A stretch of DNA of 58,688 nt from Comamonadaceae bacterium. GTDB taxonomy: Bacteria > Pseudomonadota > Gammaproteobacteria > Burkholderiales > Burkholderiaceae_C. The notes under the pieces were generated by a model. It was not told where the DNA came from, made no database searches, and saw only the letters and a program-made list of their open reading frames with translations. Every line of letters begins with the position of its first letter. Position 1 is the first letter of the stretch. Position numbers and translations under genes: made by a program. The DNA is taken from positions 1-58,688 of the forward strand of contig CANFZT010000001.1 of assembly GCA_947451565.1 (NCBI GenBank). Reading direction: 5' to 3'. Below are positions 28,415 through 37,736 of this stretch, piece after piece.

Positions 28415-29825
28415 CCGTCAGCGTGTTGTTTGAAACGGGGTCAACCGCCAACTTCACTAGCTCATTGCGACGGCCCACACCTTGATAAGCGATACCCAAA
28501 TCGGCCAACGCATCTGGGTTGTATAAATTACGACCATCCAAGATGTATGGCGTGCGCATGCTTAATTTCATCGCTTGGAAATCAGGGTTATGAAAATTCT
28601 TCCACTCCGTCAACACCATCAAGGCATCCACGTCGTGCAAGGCATCCATGTCGTGGTCGACGAGTTTGAAATTTTTTAACCCATGCGCTTGGCCTGCACA
28701 ATCCAAGGTCAGGGCCGCCACGGCCTCATGACCGGCCACGGGGTCATAGGCTGTGACGTGGGCACCACGCTGCAATAAGTTTTTGATCACGACAAGGCTA
28801 GGCGCTTCGCGCATATCATCTGTGTTGGGTTTGAATGCCAATCCCCACACTGCAATTTTTCGCCCTGTTAAATCAGCCCCCAAGCGTTGCACCAAACGGT
28901 CAACCAGCAAGGTCTTTTGGCTTTCGTTCACTTGTTCTGTGGCACTAACCACATGCATGTGCTGGCCATACGCATGTGCAGTGCTTACTAAAGCTTGTGT
29001 GTCTTTGGGGAAACAACTACCGCCGTAACCACAACCCGCGTATAAAAAGCTATGCCCAATTCGGTTGTCAGCACCAATGCCACGACGAATTTGGTCCACA
29101 TCTGCACCCAAGGCATCTGCCAAATTTGCAATTTCATTCATGAAAGAAATGCGCGTAGCTAACATGGCGTTGGCGGCATATTTGGTGAGCTCTGCACTGC
29201 GTACATCCATCCACACTGTGCGTGAATGATGGCGATTAAAACTGGCGTACAAATCGCCCATCATGCGTTGGCTTTTTTCGTGATGAATGCCATCATCAAT
29301 CCCCACCACGATGCGATCGGGGCGCATGAAGTCGTCAATGGCTGCGCCTTCTTTCAAGAACTCTGGGTTTGAAACCACATCAAACATTTCAGCAGGCATG
29401 CCGCGATGCGAAAGCTCATGCACGATGGCTTCACGCACACGATCCGCCGTACCAACGGGCACGGTTGATTTATTCACAATGAGTTTGAAATCTTTCAAAT
29501 TACGACCGATCATGGATGCGACCGACAACACATGCCCCAGATCTGCGGAACCGTCCTCCCGTGCGGGCGTACCCACCGCGATGAACAAAATATCGCCATG
29601 CTCAATGGCATCTTGGACGTCTGTGGTGAATCGAATTCGACCATCCGCACGGTTGCGTGCAAGCAGTTCTCGAAGTCCAGGCTCATAAATGGGCACATCG
29701 CCCTGTTGCAACATCTTGATCTTGTCTTCGTCCTTGTCAAGACACACGACTTTGAAACCCAAGTCAGACAAGCAAGCGCCTGTGACCAAACCGACATAAC
29801 CAGAACCGATGACTGTGACTCGCAT
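28404..29825 (-). CDS. ugd: UDP-glucose 6-dehydrogenase
   Basis: VIGSGYVGL, PIYEPGL, KSTVPVGT, NPEFLKEG, GYGGSCFPKD, GLAFKPNTDDMREAPS; AGGAGG RBS before 29825. Confidence 0.95.
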   Translation of the reverse strand: MRVTVIGSGYVGLVTGACLSDLGFKVVCLDKDEDKIKMLQQGDVPIYEPGLRELLARNRADGRIRFTTDVQDAIEHGDILFIAVGTPAREDGSADLGHVLSVASMIGRNLKDFKLIVNKSTVPVGTADRVREAIVHELSHRGMPAEMFDVVSNPEFLKEGAAIDDFMRPDRIVVGIDDGIHHEKSQRMMGDLYASFNRHHSRTVWMDVRSAELTKYAANAMLATRISFMNEIANLADALGADVDQIRRGIGADNRIGHSFLYAGCGYGGSCFPKDTQALVSTAHAYGQHMHVVSATEQVNESQKTLLVDRLVQRLGADLTGRKIAVWGLAFKPNTDDMREAPSLVVIKNLLQRGAHVTAYDPVAGHEAVAALTLDCAGQAHGLKNFKLVDHDMDALHDVDALMVLTEWKNFHNPDFQAMKLSMRTPYILDGRNLYNPDALADLGIAYQGVGRRNELVKLAVDPVSNNTLTVDA

Positions 29826-29956
29826 TGATTTCCTCCTGAATACAGTCATCGTCCCAAAACATGATGAAAGTAATAAGAAGAAAAAAAGTCAATTCTGTGA
29901 CGAGCAGGCAAAAAAAAATGACTCGAAGAGCCATCCTTTGATTCATCATGATTTAT

Positions 29957-30340
29957 TTATGTTGGCTGCCAGTGTGCAAGACCCATCACAAGCAGAACAT
30001 GCAAATGCGCTGCTAAATTCTCTAAGCCCTGAACTTTGGTATCTTGATTCGCATGCTTGACACAAAAGAATTCATGCCGAGGCGGAAACTCAATGTGAAT
30101 CACATCAGGCACAAAACCAACCGGCGACTGTATGCAAAGTTCAGGCTCTTGGCCTTCAAAGCGATTGCTGCAAGTGAATCGAAAATTAACCCCTTTAGAA
30201 AACTGCTCGATGGACTCAAACAACTTGGGAAGTAGTTCATCTCTGACATCGCGATAGTCTAGGTAACGATGGGTGTCTCGTAAATAAGCCTCAAAGCTAG
30301 GATCGCTGACACTGTTGGCATAGAAATGAAGCTTCGTCAT
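29957..30340 (-). CDS. Hypothetical protein
   Basis: 127-aa ORF whose start overlaps the upstream GT4 stop (ATGA); no motif recognised. Confidence 0.55.
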   Translation of the reverse strand: MTKLHFYANSVSDPSFEAYLRDTHRYLDYRDVRDELLPKLFESIEQFSKGVNFRFTCSNRFEGQEPELCIQSPVGFVPDVIHIEFPPRHEFFCVKHANQDTKVQGLENLAAHLHVLLVMGLAHWQPT

Positions 30341-31404
30341 GGATGAACCTCAACACCTTTCATTTCGACACGCGAGATGCGCACCAAGTTCTGCTCGAAC
30401 AGCCGTGTAGATTCATCCCAGCTGAACGATAGGGCTTGCGCGCGTGCTTCAAATCGTGGCACTTTCAGAGCCTCTAAGCTGGCACAGGCTAAGTCATCGT
30501 GCAACACACCACCTTTGCGGACATGTGGATAGTCTGAATCTGGGCGCAACACCTCTAAGGGGCCATCCACAGGATACGCTGCCACAGGAGTGCCGCAAGC
30601 CATTGCCTCGAGCATGACCAAACCAAATGTTTCATTACGACTGGGAAAACTAAACACATCAGCGCTGGCATACACACGGGCAAGCTCATCGCGCGGCAGC
30701 ACGCCCAACCAACGCACATGGTGAAACTTATCTTTCAACTCTTTCTCAAGTGGCCCAACGCCACACACCACTTTGCTCCCATGCCAAGGCATTGCTAAGA
30801 AGCTATCTATATTTTTTTCATACGACACACGACCTACATACAAAGCAATGGGTCGCGGCAAATCATCTAGATCAGGATGACGTTCAACCGTCTCTGCATA
30901 ACTAAATAAGCGCATATCAACACCGTGCGTCCAGCTTCGTAAATTTTTAAATCCCCAGCCATCCAGTAAACGCATCACCCCTTGCGTGGGTACCAGCACA
31001 CCTGCGGAGGGTTGATGGAAATGTCGAAAGATGGCATAGCCAATCCAAAGCGGGATGTGCAGCGCGGCTTTGAGCACTTCTGGAAACCGCGTATGAAACG
31101 CCGTCGTAAATGGCAAGTCGTACTTCAAGCAGTATTTACGCGCCGCCCAACCCAGAGGGCCTTCCGTAGCAACATGAATCACATCTGGCTCAAATGCATC
31201 TAACTGTCGAGCCAACTGTGGGTAAGGCTTTACCGCCAAATCGATGCCGGCATAGCCTGGGCAGGGACGGGTTTTGAACAAATCTGGGTGGATGACCTCC
31301 ACCACATGACCTGTCGCATTGAGCTGATCCACCAGCTCAACCAGGGTCGTGACGACACCATTGATTTGGGGACGCCATGCGTCTGTGATAAGGGCAATTT
31401 TCAT
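30337..31404 (-). CDS. agt: GT4 glycosyltransferase, Agt-like glucosyl/glucuronosyl-diacylglycerol synthase
   Basis: MKIALITDAWRPQINGVV, HVATEGPLG, FHTRFPE, YVGRVS.EKN, FPSR.ETFGLVMLEA; translationally coupled downstream of a plcP-like gene. Confidence 0.8.
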   Translation of the reverse strand: MKIALITDAWRPQINGVVTTLVELVDQLNATGHVVEVIHPDLFKTRPCPGYAGIDLAVKPYPQLARQLDAFEPDVIHVATEGPLGWAARKYCLKYDLPFTTAFHTRFPEVLKAALHIPLWIGYAIFRHFHQPSAGVLVPTQGVMRLLDGWGFKNLRSWTHGVDMRLFSYAETVERHPDLDDLPRPIALYVGRVSYEKNIDSFLAMPWHGSKVVCGVGPLEKELKDKFHHVRWLGVLPRDELARVYASADVFSFPSRNETFGLVMLEAMACGTPVAAYPVDGPLEVLRPDSDYPHVRKGGVLHDDLACASLEALKVPRFEARAQALSFSWDESTRLFEQNLVRISRVEMKGVEVHP

Positions 31405-32171
31405 GCAACTTTGACCAATCGAGGTTTTTCTAAAACAACCGGTTCTGTCTGCCAATAAAGCAAGGACAACTCACCTTGTTGGTTTTCAACCAAGGCACTT
31501 CGGCTTTCCACCCAATCTCCATCATTGCAATACAACACACCATTGACATCGCGAATTTCTGCCCGGTGTATGTGTCCGCACACCACACCTTGGTAGCCGT
31601 TCTTAGCCGCTTCATGTGCGACAGCATTTTCGAAATCTGTAACGTAGTTGAGCGCCTTTTTAACCTTGTGTTTGAGGTAAGCAGACAAGGACCAATAGGG
31701 CAAACCCAAGCGCCCACGCATGTTGTTCAGATAACGGTTGAGCTTGAGTGTGAACTCGTACAAATAATCACCCACATAGGCCAACCATTTGGCTTGCTGC
31801 ACCACTGCGTCAAAGTAATCCCCATGGATCACCCACAGTTGACGACCATCGGCCGTTTTATGCACCGCCTCCTCCACCACTTCAATGCCACCAAAATGGT
31901 GGTCTAAAAAATGCCTCGCAAACTCGTCGTGATTGCCTGGCACATAAATCACGCGGCAGCCTTTGCGTGCTTTGCGCAGCAATTTCTGAATCACATCGTT
32001 GTGTGCCTGTGGCCAATACCAACGGCGACGCAGTTGCCAGCCATCAATGATGTCACCCACCAGATACAGATAGTCGCTGGTGTTTTCTTTTAAGAAATCC
32101 AGCAATGCGTCTGCTTGACAACCAGGCGTGCCCAAGTGCAAGTCTGAGATGAAGATGGCTCTGTAGTGCAT
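31401..32171 (-). CDS. plcP: PlcP-like metallophosphoesterase (phospholipase C; LpxH2 family)
   Basis: FISDLHLG, LVGDIIDGW, PGNHDE, HGDYFD, CGHIH, YCNDGDWVES; adjacent to an Agt-like GT4. Confidence 0.85.
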   Translation of the reverse strand: MHYRAIFISDLHLGTPGCQADALLDFLKENTSDYLYLVGDIIDGWQLRRRWYWPQAHNDVIQKLLRKARKGCRVIYVPGNHDEFARHFLDHHFGGIEVVEEAVHKTADGRQLWVIHGDYFDAVVQQAKWLAYVGDYLYEFTLKLNRYLNNMRGRLGLPYWSLSAYLKHKVKKALNYVTDFENAVAHEAAKNGYQGVVCGHIHRAEIRDVNGVLYCNDGDWVESRSALVENQQGELSLLYWQTEPVVLEKPRLVKVA

Positions 32172-33019
32172 CAAGCGCCTAAGAAGTGTTTGCGATACCG
32201 GGGAGGCATGTCGTTGATCTTCATCAACATAGGCAGATCCGCCGTGTTGAAGTCTGGATCCCAAGCAGGCGCACCCAAAACTTTGGCGCCTAAGCGCAGA
32301 TAACCTTTGATGAGCGCAGGTGGCTCAAAAGCGGAATTGACTTCCCACTGCTCGACGGGCAAAGCCAAACGCGGTGTTACTTGGTTTTCCACACCGGCCA
32401 AATGCGTTTTCTTCAGTTGATGCCAAATGCTGGCAGCCACTTCACCACTGACCACACCTTGGTGCAGCATGGGGATGCTGGCACAACCAATCATCACATC
32501 GAGTTTGTTGCGCACCATGAACTCAGCCAAAGCACCCCACAAGGCCATGATCACGCCCCCATGACGGTGCTCTGGATGCACACAGCTACGACCCAACTCG
32601 ACCATGCGCTCACGGTATTGGCGCAAACGTGTGAGATCAAACTCCAAGTCTGAATATGTGCTGCCAATCCGCTTGGCTTGCGCAGGCGTCAAGACACGGT
32701 AGGTACCGATCACTTGTTCGGTGATGTCATCACGGATGATGAGGTGTTCACAAAAATCGTCGAACAAATCAATGTCGTGGCCGGGAATGCTGTCTTTCAA
32801 ACGAGCACCCATTTCAGTGGCAAATACGTCATAGCGCAAACGTTGAGCTTCACGCACCTCATCTTGGTGCTTGGCCCATTCAACAATCAGACTCGGGCGG
32901 GTTTCAGTTTTTTGGTTCGAGACAGAAACTTTTTGAGCGTCATGATCGTTTCGATGAAGTGACCCCCGTGGCACATCGATGAACGACAGCGGCATGGTTG
33001 GGTTGGGTAATTCTTTCAT
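32171..33019 (-). CDS. olsB: GNAT-family N-acyltransferase, OlsB-like (lyso-ornithine lipid synthase)
   Basis: AQRLRY.VF..EMGA, D.D.FD..C.HL, GTYR.L, ELGRSCVHP..R.G, PPALIKGYLRLGA...G.PA.DPDFNTAD. Confidence 0.85.
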   Translation of the reverse strand: MKELPNPTMPLSFIDVPRGSLHRNDHDAQKVSVSNQKTETRPSLIVEWAKHQDEVREAQRLRYDVFATEMGARLKDSIPGHDIDLFDDFCEHLIIRDDITEQVIGTYRVLTPAQAKRIGSTYSDLEFDLTRLRQYRERMVELGRSCVHPEHRHGGVIMALWGALAEFMVRNKLDVMIGCASIPMLHQGVVSGEVAASIWHQLKKTHLAGVENQVTPRLALPVEQWEVNSAFEPPALIKGYLRLGAKVLGAPAWDPDFNTADLPMLMKINDMPPRYRKHFLGA

Positions 33020-33063
33020 GGTGGCTCCTTGGTAAATCAATGCAAAGATTCTTAACAGCCCAT

Positions 33064-33132
33064 GTGAATTAACGGCGAAGATTGCGTGAAATATTCATGA
33101 CAAATGGTTTCAAACCTTCACCAATTTGTCAT
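33064..33132. promoter_or_regulatory. Pho-box-like arrays in the olsB/olsA divergent promoter
   Basis: Minus strand GTCAT/TTCAC/TTCGC/TTCAC at 11-bp spacing (plus-strand starts 33097, 33086, 33075, 33064); plus strand TTCAC-N6-GTCAT (33117, 33128). Confidence 0.65.
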
Positions 33133-33160
33133 ATACCGGACCTATGCTTATCAGCCAATC

Positions 33161-33904
33161 ATGCTGATCAAATACCTACGACTCGTACACGCTTTTGGCC
33201 GTGCATTTTGGATTTTGTGGATCAAATTTCCTAAATTAAGCAAGGCGCACAAGCTTCAAGAAATTAAGAATTGGTCACAAAGCACACTGGCCATCATCGG
33301 CATCCAAGTGGCACATGCCACGCATTACACGCCGAGTGAAAACACGGAAACACCACTTTTGCTGGTCGCTAACCATGTGTCATGGGTAGATGCGTTGATC
33401 ATTCAAACTATTCAACCTAGCATCTTTGTTGCCAAATCAGAAGTGAAACGTTGGCCTATCGTGGGAAATATTGCGACCGCATGCGGTGTTGTGTTCGTTG
33501 ACCGAGGCTCGCCTAGCTCCGCCAGACGCATGGTCGATGATGTGTCTAGCGCACTGCACCACGGCTATTGCGTGGCTGGATTTCCTGAAGGCACCAGCAG
33601 CGAGGGAAATACCGTCAGCCTATTTCATGCCAACTTGTTTGAAGCGGCTGTCAACCACCACATTCAAGTGCAACCTTTGGCAATTCGCTACACCAACCCA
33701 CAAACGGGTGCGCTATGTGTGAAAGCTGCTTTTGTCGGTGACATTGGCTTTGTTCAGTCGCTCCATCAAGTAATGGCATCGTCTGGAATTCAAGCCAACG
33801 TTCATGTCGGCGAGATGCTTTCTCCTGAAGGGCACTCGCGCAGAACCTTGGCCCACTTGTCACACCGCAGCGTCAGCAGCCAGCTTGAACTGCTCAACGG
33901 GTAA
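33161..33904 (+). CDS. olsA: PlsC-family acyltransferase, OlsA-like
   Basis: ANHVSWVD (HX4D), FVAKSEV..WP, FVDR, FPEGT; divergent from olsB. Confidence 0.8.
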   Translation: MLIKYLRLVHAFGRAFWILWIKFPKLSKAHKLQEIKNWSQSTLAIIGIQVAHATHYTPSENTETPLLLVANHVSWVDALIIQTIQPSIFVAKSEVKRWPIVGNIATACGVVFVDRGSPSSARRMVDDVSSALHHGYCVAGFPEGTSSEGNTVSLFHANLFEAAVNHHIQVQPLAIRYTNPQTGALCVKAAFVGDIGFVQSLHQVMASSGIQANVHVGEMLSPEGHSRRTLAHLSHRSVSSQLELLNG

Positions 33905-35699
33905 ACGACATTACCCAACTGGGTAACCCGGTGGCAAGCAACGGTAGCCAAGAAATCAGCAACGTGCCCACAAAGATAGCTAACAACGCAGGGGCCACCG
34001 AGGCGGCGACCGTGCGAAGGGGTTGCTTGAACACGGCGGAGGCAAAGTAAATGTTCATACCAGCCGGGGGACATAAAAAGCCCATTTCCATGTTGGCCAA
34101 AAAGATGATGCCAAAGTGCACCGGATCAATGCCGTAGCTGATGGCCAAGGGCAACAGCAAAGGCACCAACACCACGATGGCAGCGTAAATTTCCATCAAC
34201 GCACCTGCGGCAAACAAAAACACGTTCAAGGCCAACAGAAACACCCACTTGTTTTGCGTGATGCTTTGCACCCAATCGGTGGCCAGATCTGGAATGCCCG
34301 CGTCCACCAAATAGTTGGTCAAGCCCAAAGCCATGCCCAAAATCAACATCACACCACCAATGATTTGGGTGCATTGCGACAAGGATTCACCTAACTTCTT
34401 GGCGTCCAATTCACGGTGGGCCCATGCTTGCGTGAATACCGCATAGAGAGCGGTCAGTGCTGCGCTTTCTGTAGGGGTGGCAAAGCCACTGCCCAACGAA
34501 CCAATGGCCACCACAGGGGCCAACAATTCCCATTTGGCATGCCATGCGACATCGCGCAAAGCATGCGGGTTAAAAACAGGTTTGACGGAAGGCTCGCTGC
34601 GAATGGCATCTTGACGCAGATAACCACCAAAAATCAGCAAGCACGCCACCATGACCACGGCAGGAATTACGCCCGCTAAGAACATGGTGTTAATGGGTAC
34701 GCGTGCAATGATCGCGTACATGATCAAGGGCACGGACGGTGCCAACAAAACGCCCAAGGCACTGGCACTGGTGACCAAACTGATGCCCTTTCGGTCTGGG
34801 TAGCCCACGCCCTGAAGCAAAGGCAACAACAAGCCACCGAGGGCCAAAATGGTCACGCCACTGCCACCCGTGAATGCGGTGAAGCACGAACACAACACGG
34901 TAGCCGCAATCACGGTGCCAGTCTTACCACCGCCAAACAACGCGACAAACACAGCCCCCAACCTTTGTGCCGCACCTGTGCCTGCAAAGATCAATCCTGC
35001 TAAGGTAAAGAGCGGTAACTCCGGTAATGAGGGGTTCACCGTGATTTGGTAATGCGACAAAGCAATCGAAGCCAGGGGCAAGCCGTCTTGCCAAAACAAT
35101 GCAAGTGCCAAGCCTCCCAACACCGCAAAGATGGGCGCACCAAACGACAACATCAACGCCAAACCGCCCACCCAAGGCCACAATGGCAAGGCCTCACCAT
35201 CCCAGCGAAATGCGACACACGCACCCAGCAACGGGGCAAATAACGCACACATGAACTTCACACCTAAGTGCGGGCTACATCGCGCGCCCAATTTCAATGC
35301 TAAAAGTGCAAAGCCCAAAGGCATGGATGCTTGGAACCACCACACTGGCACGCCATAGGCCAGTACCTGTTCGGCGGACATTTCACTCCATACCAGTTGA
35401 CCGCTAGCCCATGCCAAGATGCCGCAAATGGCTGCAGCACCAAACTGCCCCACCCCGTACAAACGAGGCACCATCACACCCAAACTAGTGAGGTGCCCAA
35501 ATCGTTCTGCCGCAATGGCACCAGCCATCGCCATCAGCAGGCCTAGATGCTGAACCACCACGGGGGCGTTATCAATACCTTTGCCCATCAGGGGGCGAGA
35601 CAAAATCTCAATCAGAGGTATCAGGGCCATCAAGGCCAGCGCCAAGGCAGCCAGCCATGCATCGGCCTGCATCAGGCCGCGCAACCAACGCCCCATCAT
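33894..35699 (-). CDS. dctM: TRAP transporter fused small+large permease (DctQM)
   Basis: LPLFTLAG, AFTGGSG, SALG.L.APS.P.I.Y, TPTESAA, GIDPVHFGIIF..N.E.G..CPP.G.N. Confidence 0.9.
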   Translation of the reverse strand: MMGRWLRGLMQADAWLAALALALMALIPLIEILSRPLMGKGIDNAPVVVQHLGLLMAMAGAIAAERFGHLTSLGVMVPRLYGVGQFGAAAICGILAWASGQLVWSEMSAEQVLAYGVPVWWFQASMPLGFALLALKLGARCSPHLGVKFMCALFAPLLGACVAFRWDGEALPLWPWVGGLALMLSFGAPIFAVLGGLALALFWQDGLPLASIALSHYQITVNPSLPELPLFTLAGLIFAGTGAAQRLGAVFVALFGGGKTGTVIAATVLCSCFTAFTGGSGVTILALGGLLLPLLQGVGYPDRKGISLVTSASALGVLLAPSVPLIMYAIIARVPINTMFLAGVIPAVVMVACLLIFGGYLRQDAIRSEPSVKPVFNPHALRDVAWHAKWELLAPVVAIGSLGSGFATPTESAALTALYAVFTQAWAHRELDAKKLGESLSQCTQIIGGVMLILGMALGLTNYLVDAGIPDLATDWVQSITQNKWVFLLALNVFLFAAGALMEIYAAIVVLVPLLLPLAISYGIDPVHFGIIFLANMEMGFLCPPAGMNIYFASAVFKQPLRTVAASVAPALLAIFVGTLLISWLPLLATGLPSWVMSFTR

Positions 35700-36721
35700 T
35701 TGCCTTTACCTGCGCGATAAGCCTTCAAATGACGGAACACTTCGTCAAAAGTATCGGCAGGCACCAAGGTGCCCCGAATGCGTGGATAGAGCTTGTCGGC
35801 CAATTCGTTCCAAGCACGAATTTGTTCAGCATTGGGCTTGTTCACCACCAAGCCACGCTTCTTCATAGCATCAACGGCTTCTTCGACTTCTTGACGTGCT
35901 TTGGTGCGAATCTGCGCACCTGCTTTGTCACTGGCAGTGCGCACAGCGGCTTGTGCGTCAGGTGACATGTCATCCCAAGACTTATTGGTCACCACCAAAG
36001 CTCCCACGATGGGTGCCCAGTTGATTTCCAACATATTCGGAGCCATGGTGTAGACCTGACTGGCCAAAGCAAAGTAAGGCGTGGATGGCACCACATTGAT
36101 CATGCCCGTTTGCACAGAAGGCAAGATGTCACTGGTCTCCAGCGGTACAGGCGTGTAGCCCATGCTCTTCATGATTTCTTGTTGATCTGCTTCACCGCCC
36201 CACGCAAAGAATTTCATTTTTTGGTAATCCTCAGGCTTGAACGCAGGTTCTTTCGAGAAGAATCGAACCCAACCAGCATCGCCCCAAGCCAACACAACGA
36301 ATCCTTTGTCGAGAAATTTTTTCTCCATGGTGGGGCGCATTTTTTCACGCACGTAGTCCACCTCTTCCCATGACTTGAACAACAAAGGCATGGACTGTAG
36401 GGCCGCAATAGAGGGCTCAATTTCCCGCAAACCCACCACCGACAGCAACGCACCTTGCAACTGACCAATGCGCATGCGACGTGCCAGCTCAGTCTCGCCA
36501 CCTTGGCTGCCATCTGGGTAAACGACAAACTTGGCGCTGCCTCCTTGTGCCGTGCGCCATGCCTCCCCCACCTCCATCAACTGCCGGTGGTAGAGCGAAT
36601 TTTTGGGTGCCAGAGTTCCCAAACGCAATTGCTTGTCGAGCGCCGCCCACGATGAAGCTTGTTGACACAGCAAGCTCAGGCCTAAACCCATTTGCAAAAA
36701 AATTTTAATCAATGGAGACAT
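35696..36721 (-). CDS. dctP: TRAP substrate-binding protein (DctP/TatP type)
   Basis: Signal peptide, LGTLAP, YP.G.QG.E, MRIGQL, TPVPL..SDIL..VQTGMI. Confidence 0.88.
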   Translation of the reverse strand: MSPLIKIFLQMGLGLSLLCQQASSWAALDKQLRLGTLAPKNSLYHRQLMEVGEAWRTAQGGSAKFVVYPDGSQGGETELARRMRIGQLQGALLSVVGLREIEPSIAALQSMPLLFKSWEEVDYVREKMRPTMEKKFLDKGFVVLAWGDAGWVRFFSKEPAFKPEDYQKMKFFAWGGEADQQEIMKSMGYTPVPLETSDILPSVQTGMINVVPSTPYFALASQVYTMAPNMLEINWAPIVGALVVTNKSWDDMSPDAQAAVRTASDKAGAQIRTKARQEVEEAVDAMKKRGLVVNKPNAEQIRAWNELADKLYPRIRGTLVPADTFDEVFRHLKAYRAGKGK

Positions 36722-36730
36722 TCAATACTT

Positions 36731-37582
36731 TCAGAAAAGATCATCGACCGAGGCGAGTAGCCACTGCGCGCGCTCACGCATCACTTCGTTTGGCAAGCTG
36801 CGGTGTTGTTGGCTGATGTCAAGTGCTTTACGAAGCAGCTGCTCAAACAGCTTTTTATCTTCTGCGGGTAACGCCACACCCTCAGCTTTTGCCACATAGG
36901 GGCCGGCTTCTTGGCCACCGCTGAAGTCAATCGCTTGGTCAAAATAGCGCGTCGCCTTAAGCCTTGAGCCGCCCACCTTGGCAGACTCCAAGGTGCCCAT
37001 CAAACTGGCTAGCGCACCTTGACCGTATGACGGTTGAACTTGCCAAGCCAATTCAGCCAGCCGCATCGACAAGGGCAAATCGGCCACAAGATCGGGGTCG
37101 TCTTTGGACATCGAAATCAGGCCACCCAGTGATGCCGCAGCCCAATACGCCAGCGGAACTTGGGCCTGGGTAAGCCGGGGTTGTTTTTGAGGATCCGTCG
37201 CCCGTAAAGCGGTGGCAAAACCGGCATCACTGCGCGACAGTGCAGCCATGGCATGCTTGTGCGCGCGAGCATACAAACGTGCGGCACGCTCACGCATTTG
37301 GGCCGCTTCTTTTGGATTTTTAGTGTCGATTTTTTCTGCATCAAAAGCCACGAAAGCATAGGCATATTGCGTGAAGCCGGCGGACACGACCTCGGCCAAC
37401 TTCAGATGTCCCGGTGTTTCTCTGAGAACCGACTCAGAAAACTTCAAGTAAAAGGCACTCGCCTCGCGTGCGAGTTGCAAATCGTCTTCACTGGACATAG
37501 GTTGACCTGCCAACGCCTGCGCAGTTTGATCCAACACAAACGGTCGCACCGCACATCCAGACAGCACGAGAAGAAGCGTCAC
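36731..37582 (-). CDS. tatT: TRAP-associated TatT-like lipoprotein (TPAT T component)
   Basis: Lipobox LSGC, DDL.L...A..FY.K..E, GFTQYAYAFV, helical TPR-like body, C-terminal RA.WLL...DDLF; first gene of the TRAP operon. Confidence 0.78.
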   Translation of the reverse strand: MTLLLVLSGCAVRPFVLDQTAQALAGQPMSSEDDLQLAREASAFYLKFSESVLRETPGHLKLAEVVSAGFTQYAYAFVAFDAEKIDTKNPKEAAQMRERAARLYARAHKHAMAALSRSDAGFATALRATDPQKQPRLTQAQVPLAYWAAASLGGLISMSKDDPDLVADLPLSMRLAELAWQVQPSYGQGALASLMGTLESAKVGGSRLKATRYFDQAIDFSGGQEAGPYVAKAEGVALPAEDKKLFEQLLRKALDISQQHRSLPNEVMRERAQWLLASVDDLF

Positions 37583-37663
37583 TATGACAGATATGCGGAA
37601 TGAAATAAGGACACCTTTTGGAAGAATTTTTCAAAACTATCCAAAAAAATGTAAATCTCTAAT

Positions 37664-37700
37664 GTGAACATTCGGTGACAAGCAGTCATCAAGTTGAAAC
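37664..37700. promoter_or_regulatory. Back-to-back Pho-box-like pairs between tatT and ppk2
   Basis: Minus strand GTCAC-N6-TTCAC; plus strand GTCAT-N6-GAAAC. Confidence 0.55.
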
Positions 37701-37736
37701 ACTGGCTTGCCATGATGTGAACAAAAGGAAATCACC

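Noticed and set aside
31401-32171. Calling this lipid A enzyme LpxH
   Set aside because: Coupling to an Agt-like GT4 and olsB in a Pho context fits PlcP better; not proven
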